A DNA stretch of 64,000 nt from Octopus vulgaris (GCA_951406725.2 OX597825.1:21576001-21640000), one strand, 5' to 3'. Numbered from the stretch's first letter, positions 14,111 to 28,492 are shown. A program made the numbers and translations. Notes: a model not told the origin generated them from the letters alone.

Positions 14111-14784
14111 ATGTTTACATTCTCGCAACCTAGAGTTTCGGCATAAGAGACCGAAAAAATAAGTATCAGAATAAAAAAGAAAATAAGCACTGTGTTCGAC
14201 TGATTCGACTAAAAATTCTTCGAAGCGGTGCTCCAGCATTGCCGCAGTCTAATTGACTGAAATAAGTAAACAGAAAAAGAAAAAAAGGACAGACCTCAAC
14301 CTCTTCTTATCTTACCAAAGTAGAAGCGCGTAAATTGCTTTGCAATTATAAAACATCATAAATTTGCAATCACGGTATAAGAGATATAATGAAACATAAA
14401 TTTACCTTGTACGACTTTTGCATAATAGTTAGACAGTTAAGTAGATGAAAATCCATTATATGATTAGAATATGAAACAGTTAATACCAATTTGTTATAGA
14501 ATGATAAATATTTCTTTCTCTAAATATTTGTAAATACATTTGCTATTAAAGTTCCTCGTCAGTAAATGTACTTTTATTTGTTTTTTCAAACGTCAACGGA
14601 ATGGTGAGATAAAATAACATAATGAATATTTGTTTGGAAAAATGCGGTCGTCACCGAATAGATTAATATCTTAATGCACTTTTAACAATTGAAAAATAAA
14701 AGTTCATTGCTCTTCCACCAGACAAATATGCGTATACATGCATACGTACATACATACATACATACATATATGCATACATACATA

Positions 14785-15220
14785 CTCTTTACTCTTTTTT
14801 ACTCTTTTAAATGTTTCAGTCATTTGACTGTGGCCATGCTGGAGCACCACCTTTAGCCGAGCAAATCAACCCCAGGACTTATTCTTTGTAAGCCTAGTAC
14901 TTATTCTATCGGTCTCTTTTGCCGAACCGCTAAGTTACGGGGGCGTAAACACACCAGCATCGGTTGTCAAGCGATGTTGGGAGGACAAACACAGACACAC
15001 AAACATATATACACACACATACATACATATATATATACATATATATGACGGGCTTCTTTCAGTTTCCGTCTACCAAATCCACTCACAAGGCCTTGGTTGG
15101 CCCGAGGCTATAGTAGAAGACACTTGCCTAAAGTGCCACGCAGTGGGACTGAACCCTGAAACATGTGGTCGGTAAGCAAGCTACTTACCACACAGCCATT
15201 CTTACCACACAGCCATTCCT
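14785..15220 (-). mobile_element. SINE group B
   Basis: full-length homology to 11198-11670 (reverse). Confidence 0.9.
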
Positions 15221-15241
15221 ATACATACATACATACATACA

Positions 15242-15276
<35 letters not shown>

Positions 15277-15587
15277 GAGCAAAGCAAACCAAATTGACGC
15301 TGCTTCTCCAAATCAAATCTAAGAATGGCACAGTGAAGGTGTGTAAGGCATTCTAAAAATTCTCCATCTCAGATCCTTATGTGAATAGATGGACACAGTT
15401 GCGTTGATGGTGCGTCATGGTGCTTTTTATCTCATAGACAGTGCCCAACGAACCCTACTATACTGTATATTTGCAAAATATAAAAACTTATAAAGCGCAT
15501 GCGCGAAAAAAATAGCGACGATTTACGCATCGCACCCTATATATATATATATATATATACATGTGTGTGTGTATGTGTGTGTGTGTC

Positions 15588-15623
<36 letters not shown>

Positions 15624-16147
15624 TGTGTGTGCATCGCCGATTCAACCAACACACCAACTTAACCACATATTCACAATATCTTTGTTATTGTCCTGCTTGA
15701 ACGCTCTCAAGAAGAACTTAAATAAAATTCCAAGAAAATTCATACATACATACATACATATAGATACGCTCACATATACACTTGATCTGAGCATAAACCG
15801 AGTCCTGGACCCAGCGTAAACCTTAGGAGGGCGCTTTGTATCCAAGGTGTTAGGCACTCGCCTCTTTCTGCCAGTTGGTCAGCTCCATTATGGCGTTTTA
15901 CTGATGATTAGCGACAAGAGCTACGATATTCTCGGTGAAGCTTTGGGAGTCAACCAGAATGGACTGGTTGGTTTTCTGGAGAAATTTAGGTCTGAGGCCA
16001 TTGGATAATTTCCAGAAATCCCTGGGTTGGCAGGCAGCCAAGGAGCATTTTTTCAGTTCAGGGTTAATTCTAAAGGCAGGGTAGAGCCGTCAGCCGTGCC
16101 TTCCCAGATACCTCCATTGAACTTGCGGGTCTTGTGCCAAAATATAA

Positions 16148-16338
<191 letters not shown>

Positions 16339-16339
<1 letters not shown>

Positions 16340-16515
16340 GGCAGTGAGCTGGCAAATCGTTAGCATGCTGGGTTAAATGTTTAGCGGTATTTCATGTGCC
16401 ACAATAATTCTGAGTTCAGATTTTGCCGAGGTCGACTTTGCCTTTCATCCTTTCGGAGTCGATAAATTAAGTACCAGGGAAACACTGGGGTCGATGTAAT
16501 CGACTAGTCCCTTCC
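16339..16515 (+). mobile_element. SINE group C
   Basis: head and GCCTTTCATCCTTTCGG domain. Confidence 0.8.
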
Positions 16516-16519
16516 CGCT

Positions 16520-17770
16520 TTTTGGTCACTAAAGTCAAGTTTTCTGGAGGCAGAATAGTGACAGAGTTATTTTGCAAGCCCACGTAATCCCACATTTATC
16601 TCCACCGCCGTTCCGATCATCCACATCATATTATTCGGTCAAATCCGAAATCCCAATTTTTGAGGATAAAACGGATTTGTACGGACATAGGGGATTATTG
16701 GAAACATGAAAATGCTTTTGTACATCATTATGTCAAATGCGGTTACAGTGAATCACGATTAAAGGAAATAGCAAATGAAATAGCTAAGATTAGCAAAGAT
16801 AGTCAAACCTTCACGCAAAATTTTATCAAACACAATATAATAGATAACAGAATTCCTTTAGTGATTAACTGGCACCGAAATTTCGCTTGCATTTCAAAAG
16901 TGTTGCGTATAAGTTACCAGTATGTGGCGAAAAAATATCCTCGTTTCAAACAGATATTTCCTCAGCCTCCTATTGTAACCTTTAGACGGAATAAGAGAAT
17001 TATTGACCTTTATTTCTGACTCCAAGAAAACGAACATTGGATTATCTGCACGTTGTACAGCCACAAGAGAGGTAAGCCCTGTTCATGGTGCAACAACATG
17101 ACTCAAGTGAATTCCATCAGGAATCATAACAGATTCCTGTTATGATTTATACAGAAGGTGGGGCATGTAGAGATTCCCATTTGGTGTACGCGGCAGAATT
17201 CACGAAACACAACTTGATTTATGTTGGTTGTACAACAGAACAATTAAGCAAAATGTTTAATGAACACAGCTTCGACGTCAGGCACAACAGCAGTAGTTCG
17301 ACAGAACTTGCTGAACATTTCGTTTCAAACGGCTGCAATTTTGAAAAATACTCGAAAGTGCATATTCTCAGAAAATATTCTGAATCTTCTACACTTTCAC
17401 TTCTCAGAAGTGCATGAAGAGAAATATGTTTGCGGGTTATTAACATCACGCCCCGGAGGAATGAATAAAATGACAGGAGAATATCATCAAACTTATGTAA
17501 AACTGTTGGATTAAATATTCTTCTTTTTCTTTTTTTTCTTTCCTATTTTTTCTGTCTTCTTTTTTCTGTGTCTTTGTTTTCGCCAGTTATAAAATTAGAA
17601 CTTAAAGACTGATGATATCATTCCATCAACGTGTGGACGCTGGTTGGTCTCGTTCATACTTTACATTTAAATTTCTATAATTTAGAATTTTTATCACTTC
17701 TTATTTTGAACTTGACAAAGACAAACTTAATGTCGAAATATCTTTCAACCAATAAAATATCTATTACAAT
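16520..17770 (+). mobile_element. 5'-truncated Penelope-like element (Neptune-like), decayed RT thumb + Cys linker + GIY-YIG + 3' UTR
   Basis: KPT.SHIYLH..SDHP, SQFLRIKRICTD, FPQPPIVTFRRNK, LVYAAE...IYVGCTTEQL, LAEHF, PGGMN. Confidence 0.88.
17706..17748 (+). ncRNA. minimal hammerhead, U3:A8 variant, slightly decayed
   Basis: TTGAAC TTGACAA A GACA aacttaa TGTC GAAA TA TC (t)TTCAA. Confidence 0.55.
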
Positions 17771-17793
17771 CTAATCGCGCTCTTCGTCTTGCC

Positions 17794-17850
<57 letters not shown>

Positions 17851-17885
17851 TATCATCGTCATTATCATTATTATTATTATTATTA

Positions 17886-17940
<55 letters not shown>

Positions 17941-18292
17941 CATCATAGCACCGTGCACTTGAAAGTCGACATTTAAATCGCAGACCAAAGGAGGATACTG
18001 TTTCTTTAAAGCGATTAAATGAAAATAGTAACATCTTTGTTTTTCCAGTTTCAATGACTCATATCTATTGAAAAAACATTTACAAATATCTTTTGAAACA
18101 AACTCTCGAAGGAGAGACAGTATGATAACCGTTTATCTGATTACGCTTGTTAAACTGTAATCATGTGAAACTATTTGCCAATGTGAAGTGCTGTCCTTAT
18201 AAATACGCCTTGTTTTGCGTTCATCTAAGTACACATTGTGTTATTCACGCAAATTTTTATTGTTACTTTAGTTCTTAGAATAATATCAGTCA

Positions 18293-18294
18293 TC

Positions 18295-18385
<91 letters not shown>

Positions 18386-18437
18386 TAATAATAATAAAAT
18401 TATAATGATAATAATTACAATATACTACTACTACTGT

Positions 18438-18504
<67 letters not shown>

Positions 18505-18550
18505 GCTACTACTATTTTACTACTACTACTACTACTACTACAGCTGCTGC

Positions 18551-18583
<33 letters not shown>

Positions 18584-18725
18584 TGCCGATACAACTGTGA
18601 CTACTACTACTATTGCTGCTGCTGCTACTACTACTACTACTACAAATACTACTTCTACTGCTACTATAAATACAATTACTACTGCTACAACTACAACTAC
18701 TACTACAACTACCGCCACGACGACA

Positions 18726-18799
<74 letters not shown>

Positions 18800-18800
18800 A
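18293..18800. repeat. (AAT)n/(TAC)n/(GCT)n trinucleotide array
   Basis: directly visible. Confidence 0.95.
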
Positions 18801-18859
18801 GACACGAACAACGACAGAAACTGCTCTTTCCAGAACACCAGGAAGATATGGTAAAATCG

Positions 18860-19529
18860 TTTCGTCCTCATTCCTACAAACCGACGACTAGGGGGTAACT
18901 TTTCACCTCCGAAACAATCCGTAGCGATTTCGCGTGGCAGAGAAAAGAAGGGGGAAGTGGATGAAGGAGAAGGAGAAAGGCTACGAATACACGAGGGAGA
19001 AAGAGAAAAGGAGTAAGTAGAGAGGCTAGAATATAAGTAACAGAGGAAGAGAAAGAAAAGGGGAAAGAATGAAGACAGAATTTACGACTGGTCTGCTCAT
19101 GGACCAGTCTTAGAAAAAAAAGAAAAAGAGGCCCTGGCCGCTGGTCACATGACAGCAACAGGCAGAGGAGAAGGACAATAGGGAGAGGGACGACAGAGAA
19201 AAGTGGTCCATAACAGATGTACAATTTCTTCGTTCTTTTTCGTCCTTGTTTTCGTATACATTCGCTCGCTTTCTTGCGAAGAATCAACTGCTCTTAGGTT
19301 AGATTTTCTTGGGGGCCGGCCAAACTGGAGCAGTCTCGAGTGTAACTGGCCGATACTGCAACGACGATCGGGAACTCGACTGACAAAAGAAAGCTTCGAA
19401 TGATCCGTCCTTGTTTTTTCCTGTCCTTTTTTGAATCAACTATCTCTCCGGGTGGTTTTTGTCGCTTGTTACGTTCTTGTTCCATTTTGTTTATATATAC
19501 ATATAGCGGTGTACGTACGCTTTTGGTCA

Positions 19530-19532
<3 letters not shown>
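18860..19532 (+). mobile_element. non-coding retroelement terminus (PLE pseudo-LTR-like) ending in (TA)n, with inverted purine-rich 5' part
   Basis: 19230-19490 is colinear with the reverse complement of 30760-31020; the upstream purine tract is in the opposite orientation. Confidence 0.6.
19259..19402 (+). ncRNA. reverse-order (pseudoknotted) hammerhead-like RNA, copy 1 (core decayed)
   Basis: GGCCGG/CTGGCC, GCAGT/ACTGC and TCGAGT/ACTCGA helices around GTC, GATA and CTGACAA. Confidence 0.6.
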
Positions 19533-19591
<59 letters not shown>

Positions 19592-20367
19592 CATACATAT
19601 ACATACATATACATACATACATACACACACACACATATATATATATATATTTATATATATAGTAGTCCGTTTGTGTGGTTCCGTGTAGCAGTAGGAACAT
19701 TTGTTCTTTTTGTTAGCTTATTCTATATTTTCTTGATGCTCCAAATATTTTTATTGAAATATTCAGTACAGTAACTCCCATTAATTGCAGTAAACATTCG
19801 TGAGGGCTTTACGCGATTAATTGGATAGGCCGGAACATAATTGATTGGAATATATTCGTTGAGGGAACTAATTTGCTATTTTCATTAAATGAACATTGAA
19901 TTTCACCGACAGATTCGTGTTAACATAGTAACACATTCCTTCTTAATTTGTATATAATTCTTTGTATGTCTCCATAAATGGTCCATCATAGTTTGGTTTG
20001 CTTTCAATATTATATTTTATAATTATAATTGGTCAATTTAGACGCAGCAAGTTGAAGAGATGTATCACACTACAGAACTATGAATGTAATTATAAAACAA
20101 TTCGTTTTCAACCGAACATTAATGAACAATATATAACGACTGAATTTTTCTGAAATTTGTAAAGGAAGTCAAACGAGATTTCTAATTAGGATCTAATTAA
20201 CCCCTAAAATATTGTGGTGCTGTTCTTTCATTCGTTTTTTTTTTTATTTTATCATTAAAATGTAAATTTTTACTGGGATGCACTAAAACACTTTAAAGTA
20301 AGATTTAAGTTTGTAAGCGAAATCGTGTTTTCTACTGTCATGCATTTAAAACAACAATCAGAAATAA

Positions 20368-20921
20368 TCTATTATATAAAATCCGTTCTGTCTGTCTCTG
20401 TGTGTGTCTTCTAGGATCTCGGGCATCCTCAATCCGATTGTGCTCAAATTTGATATGTAGATACAGACGGTATCAGGGCGTATATAAGTCTTGAAAAATT
20501 ACCAAAATCGATTCCAGGTGAGAATGCGATCGATAAAACCCTTTTTGTCCTGCTTTTCTTCCGTCAACCTGTACATATCTGCACCTTCCATTTTTTGTTG
20601 TTTTTGTACTGCTTAAAGGCACGTTTCTTTCCTGCCAAGCTTACTGTTTAAACCGTGTTTGTGTTCTCCCAGTCAACAGCCTTATCATTACTGGTACTTT
20701 AAACTCTTCGGCTGCATATTTGTGTGAATAAAATCGTTTTTCTTTGGAATAGAAAAAAAGTCTATCTTTATTTCTTCATTTGCTGGTGTCTCGAATTTAG
20801 GTTAAATCAGTGTTTCTCAAAAGGGAGGCATATGGGACGGTCGGACAAGTTGTTTTCAGGAAATTAGGTTTAAATGCTTGACAGCTGAGCACCGTCCATT
20901 GGACGGGGGGCGTTTTACTCG
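20368..20921 (+). mobile_element. non-autonomous Helitron
   Basis: A|TC 5' end (TCTATTATATAAAA), 3' hairpin CCGTCC-att-GGACGG then CTCG|T, no TSD; second copy at 45341-46334. Confidence 0.8.
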
Positions 20922-21514
20922 TTTTTGTATATGAAGAACGTTCCATTGTTGAAATCTCGCCCTTATGACTATTCTCTGTAAATCCCTTCAAATATTAATG
21001 AACTAATCCACATAACTCTTTCTTTCTAATTTTGGCACAAGGTCAGTAATTTTCAGGGGAGACAGCAAGCTGATGTTATTGACTGGTTCTTTATTTCATC
21101 AACCCCAATACGATGAAATGCCAAGTTGACTTTGATGGGATTTGAACTCCAAACCCTAAGAGCGGGAACAAACATCTATTTTCGGCGCTTTAGCGATTTA
21201 CATTTCCGTTACATTTTCGCTAAACTACATTAAAAATATTCATTATTGCAGTACAGTACCAGTACAGTCATGACCAACAAGTTACTTTTTTCTCATATGC
21301 AGAAAATACAGGACCATATTGATCAATGTTTTCATTTCTCAGATAATTGGGTGTGATTCGAAGGAGAATTAGCTGCTATTTCTAGAAGGTCGAGAGTAGA
21401 AATTCCTCTTTAAAATCGGTAATTTTCTTCATCCTTCTTTTACCTCCTAAACATCGACCGTTATTACGGACACTTGGATTGATCTTATAAATACTAATTG
21501 TATGTGCTATGTTA

Positions 21515-21949
21515 GGAACTTTTCGGTCTGAACGGCAGTTTTTAACATAATTTCTAGGTAACTAAAAAATTTTAAACTTCGTATACGGGTAGAATGTGTT
21601 TATAAAACCTCTTTTTCTCTTGAAAAAATTCTATTTATTGAAGAAATTCTATAGTTTGTAAGATATTTGTTGTTGCTTTCTTCAATTTCTGCAATTTCAA
21701 GCAATCAGTGACGTCCATTGAGGTAAAAAACATTCTGTGCTGTATGAATATGACCCTCGTTTAAGAAACAGATTGGGTTTATTTACATTTCTGAAGAAAA
21801 AAACCCTAACCCTAACCCTAACTAACCCTAACTAACCCTAACTCTAAAACAGATTGAAATGCAATAGATCAATACTAGGGTCATAACTATGGGTGACAAT
21901 TTCATATGAGACCGCTAGAAAAAGCTGCCGTTCAAGCCGAAAAGATCCC
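21515..21949. mobile_element. MITE with internal (CCCTAA)n telomere-like repeats
   Basis: TIR GGAACTTTTCGGTCTGAACGGCAGTTTTT / AAAAAGCTGCCGTTCAAGCCGAAAAGATCCC, TA flanks; CCCTAA repeats at 21802-21846. Confidence 0.8.
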
Positions 21950-22072
21950 TATATTACTATTTTCTCATACGTCTTCCACAGTCTTCGGCGAAACTTCGAA
22001 GTTACTGTCTGTCCTTTTAACCTAAAATTAGTTTCAAGCAATTTCGGTTGTGGCTCGTTGTCTTTGTGGTGA

Positions 22073-22225
22073 CCAGGAAAAAAAGTCACTGTAATAAAGT
22101 CAGAATTTTGGCTAGGAAAAAACTCACAGGAAAAAAATTCAAAATTAATTTATGGGATACGGACAAAACCTCCCCAAGACAAACTTTTTTTTTTTTCCTG
22201 TGACTTTTTTTTTAACCTGGATTCG
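22073..22225. mobile_element. small MITE-like element (AAAAAAGTCACA subrepeats); related copy at 28995-29182
   Basis: shared GGACAAAACC core and TGTGACTTTTT..AACCTGGATTC end. Confidence 0.55.
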
Positions 22226-22305
22226 TTTCTGAATAATTAAAAACACACATACATAATATCATTCATTACTGAGCTGGCAGCATTGTTAAATCGTCAGAAA
22301 AAGTA

Positions 22306-22689
22306 CAGGGATACCTCGTTGTACGAGTTTAATTCGTTCCATGATGGAGCTCGTCTTACAGTTTACTAGTTTTACAAATCAATTTTTTCCAATTGAAATT
22401 ATCTAAAATATAATTAATCCGTTCCAACCCAACAAATCACTCAAAAATAATTTTCTGTGGGTTTTAAAACAGGAAGTGTGTAGTTACAAGTAAAATGACA
22501 ATTATAAAAAGAGAATGCAAAAGAAATATGTAAACCGGTTTTTTTAATTTAATTACCTTAAGGATGGGATAATTAGCATGCTCGTACTGCGGATTTTCGC
22601 TCGTACTTCAAGACAAAAATTCGCACGAGTCTCGGCTCGTACATCAAATTATTTGTACAACGGGGCACTCGTACTGCAAGGTTCTACTG
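22306..22689. mobile_element. Tigger/pogo-like MITE inserted into a SINE C-like copy
   Basis: TA-CAGGGATACCTCGTTGTACGAG ... CTCGTACTGCAAGGTTCTACTG-TA. Confidence 0.75.
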
Positions 22690-23020
22690 TACTTGGGAGT
22701 ATTTGTTCCGGCTCTTTATGTTCTGAGCTCAAAACCTACCGAAGTCAAATTTACCTTTTTTCCTATCGAGGTAAATAAAATAAAGTAACGATCAAGTGCT
22801 GGCGTCGTTGATATCCACTAATCTCCTCCCTCAAAATTGCAGGCCTTGTGCGTCGAACAAAATGTCGTTAAGCATTCCACGTTCAAATATCGACGAGTTC
22901 AACTTTCCCTCCAATAGAATTAAGACAGAATTAGTACCAGTTGAGTATTGGGGTCGATGTGATTGACTAAATTCTTTCTCCAAAATTTCAGGCCTTGTGC
23001 TTATAATAAGAAGGATTATT

Positions 23021-23930
<910 letters not shown>

Positions 23931-24251
23931 ATTAAAAAGTATAGTTTATTTAAATTTAATCATTGCATATATGTTTTGAACTAGCTGACATTTTGTTCTT
24001 TGAACATTTTCTTTTGAACCTTAGCGCACTTATCTCTATCAACGTTACCAACCTGTGTTCTTATCTGCCAGTTGACGATAAAACTAATATTCAAAGCTTA
24101 AAAGTAATCTAGAATAACGAATATAATTTAACAAAATGAAAAAAAAAAAGAGAGAAAAGATTAAATTGTACGTCTTCGTAGTTTTCATGATTAAACGGAA
24201 AGCTGCTTCATATATATGCATGCATATACATATGCGTATGTACTTATATGT

Positions 24252-24560
24252 TGTTGCTGTTTGTTCCTTCTCAAGCCATGCCTGGCTCATAAGGGCCGGT
24301 TTCTCGGTTTCCTTGGCGTATAGGTTCCCAACCTGGACGGGACGCCGGTCCTTCGCAGGTGAGCTGCAAGATGCAGGAGGAAAGAGTGAGAGAAAGTTGT
24401 GGCGAAAGAGTCAGCAGAAGTTCGCCATTACCTTCTGCCGAAGACGCGTGGAGCTTAGGTGTTTCGCTCATAAGCACACACATCGCCCAGCCTGAAATTC
24501 GAACCCGCGATCTCTCGACCGCGAGTCCGCTGCTTTAACCACTAGGCCATGTGCCTCCAC
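24252..24560 (-). mobile_element. SINE group A (head 2 + body 2 + tail T1)
   Basis: tRNA head; TSD ACTTATATGT at 24242-24251 and 24561-24570. Confidence 0.88.
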
Positions 24561-25463
24561 ACTTATATGTAGGTATGTACATCATTTCTACTATAGGTAA
24601 AGGTCCTGAAATTTTGGGGAAGGGGACCAGTTGATTACATCGATCCTAATGTTCAAATGGTATTTATTTCATCGACCCCGGAACGATGAATGGCAAAATG
24701 TGCCTCAGCGGATTTTGAACCCAGAATGTAAACACCGACGAAATAACAATAATCATTTTGTCCTTGTTGCTAACGATTCTGCCAGCTCGCCTTATGTAAA
24801 CACACACGCGGGCACACACACACACACACGCACACACACACACACACACATATACTCAGATCGTAAAGAAGGACGAAATGCTGCTAAGCATGGCGCACTA
24901 GCTATTATACCAGCTCGCCGCCATACTTTTTAAAGTGTAATATTAAGATATTGATAAGTTTAACTTACTCTGAAACTAACTTTAAAATATTAATTTTGAA
25001 AAATTAGATATTAGATTTTAGAATATTAAATTTACAAATATAAAATTTAGTACGCTTACAAGATTATTCAAATATCTATAATTTCTCCGAATTTGTTAAA
25101 ATATACACATTTATTTCAATAATATGTGCAAACACCTGGCTTGTGTCAGGTGTGTAGTGTGTAGGTCAGGTTACATGATTATTTGTTGGACTGAAATTGA
25201 AGTTAAATAAAAACAAGTAGAAAAGTAAAATGAAATACAACTAAAAACTAAAAATTGAAAAAAAGAAACATTTAATAAAGAGAAGTCTCATCATTTCTGA
25301 AGTACGACAGATACATAGAATATAAAGGTTTTGTACATTTTCTATCAACGAATGTTTATTAATATGTTGTTTGGTGGTAATTTAAAATTCATAGGCAACA
25401 TTTCAGTGCAAACATTATACGATGCTTTATTTTGGATATTTTAGCATAGCATGTGAGACAACA

Positions 25464-25535
<72 letters not shown>

Positions 25536-26063
25536 GCCAAAAGTTTAGGAGTTATAGAATCTCCTTTATTACCTTACAGCTGTTTCTGGTATAAGAATCA
25601 GTCAGAGCTGAGTGCTTTGGCAACGTAACATCCTACAGCTACGTTGTAGCCATTAAAATGGGATGTATTTGTATTTCGGAGAAATGTTATATACATCGGC
25701 TTAATTATATTCAGAACTATATATATAACAATATGATATAGTATAATGGGGAGAACGTCGTGGAATGGGTACTTGGACTTCAATGTATTTAAAACAAAGA
25801 GACCTACAATATCATAGATATCAGCGTTGTCATATGACCCCTTCGATACATCGAACAGTTCATCTGTATCTCACGTTTTTTTTACTCACACTGAGACCTT
25901 ACTAAACAGGAGCATTTTTCTCGATAGTGGTCTATACAGAGACGATGGATTAGATATTTTCAATAGCTGTGATGGTCACACCCTAGCTAAATTTGGGAAA
26001 CAACTCACCACCACTCTTAGTCAATTAGGTCTTAAAATCTCAATCGCTACTAATATGGCAATG

Positions 26064-26179
26064 CAGTAGTCCCTCACCACTTCGCGGTTCACCTGTCACG
26101 GTTCACCTATCGCGGTTCACCTGTCGAGATTTATTACGTAAGCTAACATCGATTCCTCCGTGGTGTTGTTTTGCATTTA

Positions 26180-26221
<42 letters not shown>

Positions 26222-26305
26222 TTTATTTAAATAAAGCATATTACTCTAGCACTGGTATTTGAGTGCTCTTTATTCCACCTTGTTTCACATTTATGTGTTT
26301 ACTCC

Positions 26306-26354
<49 letters not shown>

Positions 26355-26440
26355 TTTATTTAAATAAAGCATATTACTCTAGCACTGGTATTTGAGTACT
26401 CTTTTTTCCACCTTGTTTCACATTTATGTGTTTACTCCGG

Positions 26441-26472
<32 letters not shown>

Positions 26473-26686
26473 CTTTATTTAAAAGAAGCAGAAATATAAC
26501 AAAAGCAGTTTCTCAGAGTTTTAGCTTCAATTTTTATTTAACAAAACTGTCTGAGGAAAGGGAACGTGTAATTCTGAGTAACAGCTTTTGTTATATTTCT
26601 GCTGCTTTTAAATAAAACATATTACTCTACCTCTGGTATTTGAGTACTCTTTTTTCCACCTTGTTTCACATCTATGTACGTACTCC

Positions 26687-26726
<40 letters not shown>

Positions 26727-26842
26727 AATTATAAAAATAATAATTAAAAATATATACAGTACACTACTTATTTTACTTCGCGGATTTTCACCTATCACGG
26801 GTGTTTTGGAACGTAATACCCGTAATAGTCGTGGGATTACTG
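26064..26842. mobile_element. Tigger/pogo-like MITE containing (TA)n and three pseudo-LTR insertions
   Basis: CAGTAGTCCCTC... / ...GTCGTGGGATTACTG; related to 34942-35377. Confidence 0.7.
26221..26690 (+). mobile_element. three short PLE pseudo-LTR end insertions (foldback + ~75-nt tail) separated by (TA)n
   Basis: units at 26221-26310, 26353-26441 and 26473-26690 share the tail CATATTACTCTA...ACTCCGG; each begins with inverted CTTTATTTA. Confidence 0.7.
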
Positions 26843-26879
26843 TGATCGAATTTTAGACGATTTGCTGGATCAGGAGTCT

Positions 26880-27032
26880 TTGGCTGGGTGGTAAGTAGCT
26901 TGCTTACCAACCACATGGTTCCAGGTTCAGTCCCACTGCATGGTTCCTTGGGCAAGTGTCTTCTACTATAGCCTCGGACCGACCAAATCCTTGTGAGAGA
27001 ATTTGGTGGATGGAAACTGAAAGAAGCCCGTC

Positions 27033-27113
<81 letters not shown>

Positions 27114-27370
27114 TGTATGTATGTATGTATTTATGTATTATGAATGTATGTATATGTGTGTTTGTGTTTCTGTGTGTGTACCCACAACATCGCTTGACAA
27201 CCGATGCTGGTGTGTTTAGGTCCCTGTAACTTCGCGGTTCGGCAAAACAGACCAATAGAATAAGTACTAGGCCCACAAAAAATAAGTCGTGGGATCGATT
27301 TCCTCAACAAAAGGTGGCGCTCCAGCATGGCCGCAGTCAAATGACTGAAACAAGTGAAAGAATAAAAGAA
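26880..27370 (+). mobile_element. SINE group B
   Basis: homology to other group B copies. Confidence 0.88.
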
Positions 27371-28086
27371 TGAAAGATTTCTTACCATTAACCTAACGAG
27401 AATCTTTTCAACATACACAGTCTTCTCACACACACATCGTAGCGTTTAAAAACCTTATAACCAGCATTAGCAGCGGAATATCTAACCTCTCTTCTTCTAT
27501 AGAAGGCAGCCCCCACTACAACAGTGCCCCAGACAATAGTGGCTTTAATGATGAATTAATTTACAACCCCTTTAGTAATAATACAAATACCATTAATAGA
27601 CCTCAAAAATATACCTAGGAGAATAATTCAGTTACCCTTCCCTTCTTTCTCGTAATGTTAAAACTAACTTAGGTAAAAGATACCTGTCTCTTTTAGATAA
27701 GCGTTTTCCCATAGAGAAATACTCAACAGGCGCTCCGTCTTATTATCATACAGCTGCTGCCCCAATATGAGGAATATCATCGCATGCAAACACCAAGAAC
27801 CTACTCCTAGTGGTAACTGTTGAGACCCACGAATCTATTCACTCGACCAAAATTAAATCAATCATAATTCAGGCAGAAGTTTTAGCATCTATAGATGATA
27901 GCATAAGCGAAAAGAAGAATTACATCGGGCTATGTGAAGGCGGATTCAAACATCGCTATGCTAACCATATATCTTCCTTCTGGTCCAGGGATAAAAGTAA
28001 TGTTGGTTGGCTACGTATGGTGTTTGAAGTTTTACATCACACCACGTGCAATACAGCGGAAAATAGTTGAAGATTATACAACATAT

Positions 28087-28492
28087 ACTCTTTTACTCTT
28101 TTACTTGTTTCAGTCATTTGGTTGCGGCCATGCTGGAGCACCGCCTTTAATCGAACAACTCGACCCCAGGACTTATTCTTTTGTAAGCCCAGTACTTATT
28201 CTATCGGCCTCTTTTGCCGAACCGCTCAGTAACGGGGACATAAACACACCAACATCAGTTGTCAAGCAATGCTAAGGGGACAAACACAGGCACACAAACA
28301 CACACACACATATATATACATATATACGACGGGCTTCTTTCAGTTTCCGTCTACCAAATCCACTCACAAGGCTTTAGTCGGCCCGAGGCTATAGTAGAAG
28401 ACATTTGCCCAAGGTGCCAGGCAGTGGGACTGAACCCGGAACCACATGGTTGGTAAGCAAGCTACTTACCACACAGCCACTCCTGCGCCTAT
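28087..28492 (-). mobile_element. SINE group B
   Basis: homology to other group B copies. Confidence 0.9.

Noticed and set aside
21802-21846. Telomere or chromosome end
   Set aside because: Short, degenerate and internal to a MITE
26221-26690. CRISPR-like repeat-spacer pattern
   Set aside because: Repeats are ~90 bp, spacers are (TA)n, the context is eukaryotic and there are no cas genes
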